From NCBI GenBank assembly GCA_017885385.1, contig JAFNGF010000143.1, forward strand, positions 9,884 through 45,175: DNA of 35,292 nucleotides. Direction: 5' to 3'. A model generated the notes under the pieces. It made no database searches. It was not told where the DNA came from and saw only the letters and a list, made by a program, of their open reading frames with translations. Source of the DNA: Planctomycetota bacterium (lineage in GTDB: Bacteria > Planctomycetota > Phycisphaerae > Sedimentisphaerales > Anaerobacaceae). The translations under genes were made by a program, and so were the position numbers. This document shows positions 29,553 to 35,292 of this stretch, one piece after another; position 1 is the stretch's first letter; each line of letters opens with the position of its first letter.

Positions 29553-30476
29553 TTACCTCTTGAAATGGTCGTATCCCCGGGCCTGCAAATCGTGGAGACG
29601 ACCATCGGGCATTTTTATTTGCATTTTTTTTGTGTCGGTGATTGTGCCGATTTGCGTAATAGGCAACGGCCCTTTCCACTTGCTCAGCAATTTTTGACAC
29701 TCGCGCGGCGCAAGTGTAAAAAGCAATTCAAAATCTTCGCCGTCGTTCAGCGCCGAACTTAACGGCTCTTCAGCCTTTCCGGCCTGCTGCGATATGGGAA
29801 TCTGCCCGGCATTTATAACAGCGCCCACGCCGCTGGCTCGGCAGATGCGATTTAGGTCGCTGCTCAGCCCATCGCTTACATCAATCATCGCGTTCAACTT
29901 TACCATTTGAGCGATTTTTATTGCCTCTTTCACTCTCGGCTCAAAATTAAGATGCCTGCCGCTAATAGCGCCTCCAAGGGCGCCTGTAACGCATATAGTG
30001 TCGCCGACTTTCGCGCCGGACCTTTTTACCGGTTCGTTGCCTGCAGGCCTGCTGAGCATCGCCACATTTATCGCAAACGGCTCATTGTTCTTCCAGCAGG
30101 TAATGTCACCGCCCACGAGCGGGCAGGCAAATTTATCGCCGGCCAAAACGATGCCGCTATGCAGTTCCTTCAATTCTTTCTCGCCGAAACCTTTTGGCAT
30201 CGCAACAGATACCACCGCAGCGACCGGCACAGTTGCCATCGCGGCGCAGTCGCTAAGGCTGACCGCCATAGCCTTATAGCCAACCTGTTTTAGAGTGGTT
30301 TCTCGCAGGTCGAAGTGCACGCCATCGAGCAGCATGTCTGTAGTGACCAAGACAGACACATTTTCAGCCAGCTGGATTTCGGCCATATCATCGCCGATGC
30401 CGATGGGGAAATCTGTCGCGGGCAACCTTCTCTGGCGTGCAAACCACTCGGTTATTTCATCTTCCGTTATGCTCAT
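29553..30476 (-). CDS. thiL: thiamine-monophosphate kinase ThiL
   Basis: The motifs IGIGDDMAEI, VTTDMLLDGVHF and GGDIT, plus the C-terminal domain, are typical of ThiL. ATG 30474-30476 has GGTGA 8 nt upstream, whereas the track start at 30488 is GTG. Confidence 0.9.
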   Translation of the reverse strand: MSITEDEITEWFARQRRLPATDFPIGIGDDMAEIQLAENVSVLVTTDMLLDGVHFDLRETTLKQVGYKAMAVSLSDCAAMATVPVAAVVSVAMPKGFGEKELKELHSGIVLAGDKFACPLVGGDITCWKNNEPFAINVAMLSRPAGNEPVKRSGAKVGDTICVTGALGGAISGRHLNFEPRVKEAIKIAQMVKLNAMIDVSDGLSSDLNRICRASGVGAVINAGQIPISQQAGKAEEPLSSALNDGEDFELLFTLAPRECQKLLSKWKGPLPITQIGTITDTKKMQIKMPDGRLHDLQARGYDHFKR

Positions 30477-30489
30477 CGTTTTTTTCACC

Positions 30490-30528
30490 GGGGGCTTGAA
30501 ACCCCGCGTAAAACGTGGGGCTAAATAT
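30490..30528 (-). repeat. copy (d) of the double-hairpin family, immediately after the argH stop
   Basis: The element comprises GGGG-CTTGAAA-CCCC (30491-30505), CCCCGCG-TAAAA-CGTGGGG (30502-30520, one G-T pair) and GGGGCTAAATAT (30517-30528). On the minus strand the hairpin is followed by TTTCAAG. Confidence 0.55.
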
Positions 30529-31917
30529 CTATCGTTGCGACAACTGCTTGTTCCAGTACGTTATTTGTCTTTTTGCCTGGTCAGGTCCGGCTGCACCCTC
30601 AGTAATATATCTGCAAACCACATTTTTCGCACCTAAGTGCTCATAAACATCCTGCTCTATGCGGGCAGCATATTTCTTGAGCTCATCCAGACTCAATTGC
30701 GCAAGTTTCTTGTTTTGCCTTTCACAGTCAGCTACCAGCGACCCAACTATGCCGTGAGCCTCGCGGAACGGGACGCCCTTTTTGACCAGATATTCAGCCA
30801 AGCTAGTGGCATCCAGAAAACCTTCGTCCAGCCGGGCGGAAATCTTCCCCGTATCGAATTTTGTATTCGAAGCAATCGCCGCCGCCATATCCAGCGACCG
30901 GCTTACGACGTCGCTTGCCGCGAAAATGTGAGTCTTATCTTCCTGCAAATCGCGGTTATAGCCGGTCGGCTGCGATTTTAGAATAGTCAGCATCGCCATC
31001 AACGAGCCGTAAACAACGCCTGTTTTTGCACGAATAAGCTCCAGAACATCGGGATTACGCTTCTGAGGCATCATGCTTGACGAGGTGCAATACCGGTCAT
31101 CAATTCGCACAAACCCAAATTCATTGGAAGAGTAGATGATCCAGTCTTCCGCCAATCGCGATAGATGTGCTGCGATAAGCGCGCAATCAAAGACAAACTC
31201 CGCGCAAAAGTCCCTGTCGCTTACGGCGTCTATACTATTGTAGCTGATATCGGAAAAACCTAATTGGCCGGCGGTGCTTTTTCTATCTATCGGCAGCGTT
31301 GAGCCGGCTATCGCACCGCTGCCCAACGGCGAAATATTCACCAGGCTGCGGCAGTTTTTCAGCCGAATAAAATCACGCTCAAACTGCTCCACAAAGCTCA
31401 AAAGATACACGGCAATAACCACCGGCTGAGCACGCTGCAGATGCGTATAGCCCGGCATTACGTCCTCGGTGTGCTCGGCTGCCAATTCCACAAACGCTTT
31501 CTGCAGCAGCGTCAGCTTGGCCTGCAAAATTTCTATCTGGTCGCGCATCCACAGCCGAATGTCGGTAGCAACCTGGTCGTTTCGACTTCTGCCGGTATGA
31601 AGTTTCTCCCCGGCTTGGCCGATCTTCGCTATCAGTGCAGCTTCGATCGCCATGTGAATATCTTCATACCTCTTGTCGAATTTGAACCGCCCTTGTGCGA
31701 TTTCGTCTCCGATTTCGATAAGCCCGGCTTTTATCGCCTTGAATTCCGACTTGCTGATTAGGTTTTGCTCAGCCAGCATCTGCGCGTGGGCAATCGAGCC
31801 GACAATGTCATATTTGTAAAGCCGTCGGTCCACCGAGAGCGATTCCACAAAATCAACCGTCAGCTCATCAGGCTCACCGCTCAGCCGTTTCTCCCAGCTT
31901 TTTGTTCTTTCAGCCAT
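30529..31917 (-). CDS. argH: argininosuccinate lyase ArgH
   Basis: The motifs TGRSRNDQVATD, the fumarate-lyase signature SSSMMPQKRNPD and YTHLQRAQP are present. ATG 31915-31917 has GGGAGC about 8 nt upstream, and the track start at 31950 is less likely. Confidence 0.95.
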   Translation of the reverse strand: MAERTKSWEKRLSGEPDELTVDFVESLSVDRRLYKYDIVGSIAHAQMLAEQNLISKSEFKAIKAGLIEIGDEIAQGRFKFDKRYEDIHMAIEAALIAKIGQAGEKLHTGRSRNDQVATDIRLWMRDQIEILQAKLTLLQKAFVELAAEHTEDVMPGYTHLQRAQPVVIAVYLLSFVEQFERDFIRLKNCRSLVNISPLGSGAIAGSTLPIDRKSTAGQLGFSDISYNSIDAVSDRDFCAEFVFDCALIAAHLSRLAEDWIIYSSNEFGFVRIDDRYCTSSSMMPQKRNPDVLELIRAKTGVVYGSLMAMLTILKSQPTGYNRDLQEDKTHIFAASDVVSRSLDMAAAIASNTKFDTGKISARLDEGFLDATSLAEYLVKKGVPFREAHGIVGSLVADCERQNKKLAQLSLDELKKYAARIEQDVYEHLGAKNVVCRYITEGAAGPDQAKRQITYWNKQLSQR

Positions 31918-31946
31918 TTTATTTGCTCCCAAAAGTAATAGCGGAA

Positions 31947-33149
31947 TCAACCGGAGCTTTCACGGATATGCCCGGCAACATTTCGGCCAAGCCGGCGACA
32001 TTGCTCCAGCTCGCCGGCGTCGGGTGCGAATTGGACCTCGACAACCGGCTCTACCAGCTCCAGGCTGTTATTTTTTACAAACTCGGTCATCGCCTTGACT
32101 GCGCCGCCGGCCCAGCCATAGCTGCCAAGAATTCCGACCGCGCGTTTCTTGACCATTTTGGTCTCCAATAGCCGCAGCAACGAATCCATCAGCGGAAAAA
32201 TCTTCGTGTCATACGTAGGGCTGCCCAATATAAGCCCTTTGTAACGCCAGACGTCTCGGATGATATAGGAAACGTGGCTCCGCGAGACGTTATGAACGCG
32301 CACTGCCGCAAGGCCCTGCTCGGATAGACCTTCAGCCGCTGCCTCGGCCATTCTCTCGGTGTTGCCGTACATCGAGCCGTAAGCGATGACCACGCCCCGT
32401 TCTGCTTCATATCGGCTCCACCGGTCGTACAAGTCGATGATCCGCTCCGGGCGCTTTCGCCAGATGGGCCCGTGCGTTGGGGCGACAATCTTGACCTCTA
32501 AATCCTTCAATCTTGTCATAGCCTTTTGCACCATGGGCGAATATCTGCCGACTATGTTGGAAAAATAGCGCAGGATTTCGTCCTCGAAGTAAGCGATGTC
32601 AAGAGTGTCATCGAAAATACCGCCGTCCAACGTGCCGAATCCTCCGAAGGCATCGCCGGAAAAAAGAATCTTATCCGCCGGCTCGTAGCTCATCATCGTC
32701 TCGGGCCAGTGAACCATAGGCGTAAGCAGAAACTTCAACTTCTTTCCGCCCAGCTCTAATTCATCGCCGTCCCGGACAACTTCCACGCCGTGCTTAATGC
32801 CGTAGAGCCGGCCGAGAAACTCAGCGGTTCTCTTGTTGCCCACAATCTTCATCTGAGGGAATATTTCCCGCAAGACCGGGACGGAGCCGGAATGGTCCGG
32901 CTCTAGGTGGTGGATTATCAAGCAGTCGATTTTCCCTTGCGGACCGAGGATGCCTCTGAGCTTTTCGAGGTAGCCGGACAGTGAAATCTCCTTAACCGCG
33001 TCCAAAAGAGCGACCTTGCGGTCGAGAATCAAATAGGAGTTGTAACAAACCCCTTTTGGCAGCGGCCAGATCGCCTCAAAAAGCGAGGTCCGTCGGTCAT
33101 TGACCCCGACCCAATAGACGCTATCGGTGACGGGCACGGCTGACTGCAC
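31947..33149 (-). CDS. flavodiiron protein (FprA-type A-type flavoprotein: metallo-beta-lactamase-like plus flavodoxin-like domains)
   Basis: The diiron motif HHLEPDHSGS is present, and the flavodoxin-like domain contains VVIAYGSMYGNTERMA. The start is GTG at 33147-33149, with GGGGGA upstream. Confidence 0.9.
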   Translation of the reverse strand: MQSAVPVTDSVYWVGVNDRRTSLFEAIWPLPKGVCYNSYLILDRKVALLDAVKEISLSGYLEKLRGILGPQGKIDCLIIHHLEPDHSGSVPVLREIFPQMKIVGNKRTAEFLGRLYGIKHGVEVVRDGDELELGGKKLKFLLTPMVHWPETMMSYEPADKILFSGDAFGGFGTLDGGIFDDTLDIAYFEDEILRYFSNIVGRYSPMVQKAMTRLKDLEVKIVAPTHGPIWRKRPERIIDLYDRWSRYEAERGVVIAYGSMYGNTERMAEAAAEGLSEQGLAAVRVHNVSRSHVSYIIRDVWRYKGLILGSPTYDTKIFPLMDSLLRLLETKMVKKRAVGILGSYGWAGGAVKAMTEFVKNNSLELVEPVVEVQFAPDAGELEQCRRLGRNVAGHIRESSG

Positions 33150-33245
33150 TATCTCTATCCCCCTGTCAGAATCTGCGGTCTATGGTTACTCGTCGCCGTG
33201 CCGGCGATGGCTAAACGCCGACAGGCGACAGACTTTGGACATCCT

Positions 33246-33644
33246 TTAGCTGACGGCAATCTCTTTGCTCGACTCCCACAGCCCATGAATGTTACAGTAC
33301 GCCACAGCGTGCAGCGTGCCCGACCTGGACGTCCTCATGGAAGCGACGGCCTCATGGTACGTATAGACCGGCCCTTTATTCGGCCCTTCGGTTGATTCAC
33401 CGTGAGCCTTGAATTCGACATGGGCGACATGCTGGATGAATTTGCCGCCCTGGACGTGGAAGTAAAGCGAAATCCACCCTATATGATGCTCGGTGGTATT
33501 AGGATGCGCTACTTCTTTACCCAGAGTGACCTTGACCTGAAACAGCTCATCGGCTTTGACTTTTGCCGGGCACTCAATTACCGGGACATGTTTTTCGGTT
33601 TTCCAATCCGCACTCTGAATGTATTGGCTTATTTCTGCCATCAT
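33246..33644 (-). CDS. 1Fe superoxide reductase (neelaredoxin type)
   Basis: The motifs DWKTEKHVPVIE, HPNTTEHHI, VEFKAHGES and YCNIHGLWE match the neelaredoxin/SOR iron-site pattern. GGAGGTG lies 4-7 nt upstream of the tandem ATGs at 33644 and 33641. Confidence 0.88.
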   Translation of the reverse strand: MMAEISQYIQSADWKTEKHVPVIECPAKVKADELFQVKVTLGKEVAHPNTTEHHIGWISLYFHVQGGKFIQHVAHVEFKAHGESTEGPNKGPVYTYHEAVASMRTSRSGTLHAVAYCNIHGLWESSKEIAVS

Positions 33645-33887
33645 AACACCTCCATTTGTCTCTGAGCAATCTCCCAAAACTCTGATCTTCTTGGCAGATA
33701 ATAAGGGTAGCGTATCGGGATGTCAAGCCCATCATAGTCGGTGTTCGCAAAGGCAGACTCTTGACTGGGCACAGTCATTGTGATAGGTTACCGTAGGTTG
33801 ACCCTTTGAAAGCCTCAGATGCTCAGGGGCAAAAGGCTCGCCGGAAAAATGTGTTTCAAAAAGTATATATTTGCAAAGGAATTCAAA

Positions 33888-35291
33888 ATGAAGTCGATAA
33901 AGGCCTTTTGTCTGGTTTTGGCGGCGGCGTTTATCGCTGTCGGGTGTCAGCAGGAACTAACCGAGCCATCCAAACCAGCAAAGTCACTCCACCAGGCGGC
34001 AGCAGAGGGTGACATTGGCAAGCTGCAATTGTACATCAAGCAAGGCGCGGATGTCAATGCGAGGGACCCCAATCAAAGGACCCCACTGCACGACGCGGCT
34101 GAATACGGACACAAAGATATAGCAGAGCTGCTTATTGCCGGCGGTGCAAACGTCGATGCAAACGACCTGAAGGGCCTGACGCCCCTGCATGTGGCAGCCT
34201 CTGCGGGCAAAAAAGACGTGGCAGAATTACTAATTGCCAAAGGCGCCAATGTCAATGCAAAGGACGGCAAGGAAAGGAATCCGCTGCACTACGCGGCTGA
34301 GCAAGGCCAGAAAGCTATAGCGGAACTGCTTATCGCTAACGGCGTTGACGTCGACGTAAAGGATGAAGCGGGTCAAACGCCCCTGCACTGGGCGGCCTTT
34401 AAGGGACAGAAGGATATGGCGGAATTTCTGATCGCAAAAGGTGCAAATGTCAACGCAAAGCACGCATACGACCTTATTCCTCTACACATGGCGGCCGGTA
34501 CCGGCCAGATAGAGGTGGTCAAACTGCTCATCAGTAAGGGCGCCAAAATCAACACGGACCGCCCTTATGAGCGCACAGTCCTGCACGTGGCGGCTGAGCG
34601 AGGCCAGAAAGATGTGGCTGAGCTGCTCATCGCCGGAGGCGCAGATGTCAACGCAAAGGACCCCTGGGGCTCAACTGCGCTGCACCTGGCGCTCAACGGC
34701 GGGCACCGCTACGCGGCCGAATTACTCATTGCCGCCGGCGCCGACCTCAGCGCACGGGACGCCCAGAGCAATACGCCCCTGCATAGTGCGACCATGAAGG
34801 ACCAGAAAGAAGTCGCCCAGACCCTTATCTCCGGGGGCGTCGATATAAACGCGGAAAACAACTTCCGGCGAACGCCCCTTCACGCGGCGCTCGACCGCGG
34901 CTCATGGGCCGTGGCGGACCTGCTCATCGCCCAAGGGGCCAATGTCAACGCAAAGGATAAGGTCGGTTGGACGCCCCTGCACTTTGCCGCTAACGGACGC
35001 AACAAAGACATAGCCAGAAGTCTCATTGCCAAGGGCGCCGATGTCAATGCCAAGGAGAATACAGGCCTGACGCCCCTGCACCTTGCCGCCGACGCCGGCG
35101 ACAAAAATACGGCTGAGCTGCTTCTGGCTGAGGGCGCCCTGGTCGAAGCAATGGATGAGTCGCGGCTGTCACCCCTGCACCACGCCGCCAGAGACGGCCG
35201 CTGCGATGTCGCTGAGCTTGTAATTGAAGCCGAGGTACATGAACTTGGGGATCTGGAAGCTTCGGCCCTTCTCGCGCTCCCACGCAGTGGT
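33888..35291 (+). CDS. ankyrin-repeat lipoprotein, 3' end outside window (not in the ORF track because no stop is reached)
   Basis: ATG 33888 has AAAGGA upstream. The lipobox is LAAAFIAVG|C (Cys20). The frame stays open for 468 codons to the window edge and contains 13 consecutive 33-aa ANK units (TPLHxAAxxGxxxxAELLIAxGAxVNAKD). Confidence 0.85.
   Translation, partial: MKSIKAFCLVLAAAFIAVGCQQELTEPSKPAKSLHQAAAEGDIGKLQLYIKQGADVNARDPNQRTPLHDAAEYGHKDIAELLIAGGANVDANDLKGLTPLHVAASAGKKDVAELLIAKGANVNAKDGKERNPLHYAAEQGQKAIAELLIANGVDVDVKDEAGQTPLHWAAFKGQKDMAEFLIAKGANVNAKHAYDLIPLHMAAGTGQIEVVKLLISKGAKINTDRPYERTVLHVAAERGQKDVAELLIAGGADVNAKDPWGSTALHLALNGGHRYAAELLIAAGADLSARDAQSNTPLHSATMKDQKEVAQTLISGGVDINAENNFRRTPLHAALDRGSWAVADLLIAQGANVNAKDKVGWTPLHFAANGRNKDIARSLIAKGADVNAKENTGLTPLHLAADAGDKNTAELLLAEGALVEAMDESRLSPLHHAARDGRCDVAELVIEAEVHELGDLEASALLALPRSG
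33984..35231 (+). repeat. 13 tandem ~99-nt ankyrin-coding repeats
   Basis: The recurring core ACGCCCCTGCAC...GCTGAGCTGCT(C/T)AT(C/T)GCC...GTCAA(C/T)GCAAAGGA shows a 99-nt periodicity. The periodicity stops at about 35231. Confidence 0.85.
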
Positions 35292-35292
35292 C

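Noticed and set aside
35160-35292. Reverse-strand reading ..WEREKGRSFQIPKFMYLGFNYKLSDIAAAV.., reminiscent of the GxNYR(L/M)S(D/E)xxAA motif of DegT-type aminotransferases; possible chimeric join or convergent gene at the window edge
   Set aside because: Only about 13 residues resemble the motif. That reverse frame hits a stop at about 35165, and the same bases are well explained by the last ankyrin repeat on the plus strand. The stretch is too short to call and was noted only as the point where ANK periodicity ends.

Overview
The window is about 85% coding and mostly on the minus strand. It looks like a chromosomal segment from an anaerobic PVC-superphylum-type bacterium. That assignment is an inference from an H-X9-DG prepilin-like protein, a PEP-CTERM-like sorting signal and a 1Fe superoxide reductase next to a flavodiiron protein. 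The centre (9502..26912, all minus strand) is a roughly 17-kb pilus/secretion supercluster. In transcription order it encodes two GspG-like pilins, I-, J- and K-like minor pilins (the K-like one carries a LamG lectin domain), an H-like pseudopilin, PilM/N/O, a PilP-like protein and a secretin. A four-gene signalling cassette follows (sensor kinase, single-domain receiver, GAF-HD-GYP, STAS), and then the GspE/PilB ATPase and GspF/PilC platform. Downstream lie a 1292-aa secreted beta-helix/PA14 protein and a PEP-CTERM-like protein. The flanks are housekeeping or accessory genes: surE (partial), hisF, tsaE, a PL11-like lyase, thiL, argH, a flavodiiron protein, a superoxide reductase and a 13-repeat ankyrin lipoprotein that runs off the 3' edge. 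The non-coding DNA is unusual in three ways. (i) There are several short-period, mostly 7-nt, tandem arrays; two of them sit exactly on consecutive minor-pilin gene junctions and one is a 21-unit purine array. (ii) There is a six-copy family of overlapping double hairpins. (iii) There are other nested palindromic units. I saw no rRNA, tRNA, CRISPR array or transposase. All protein family calls come from reading motifs in the translations by eye. No database search was run.
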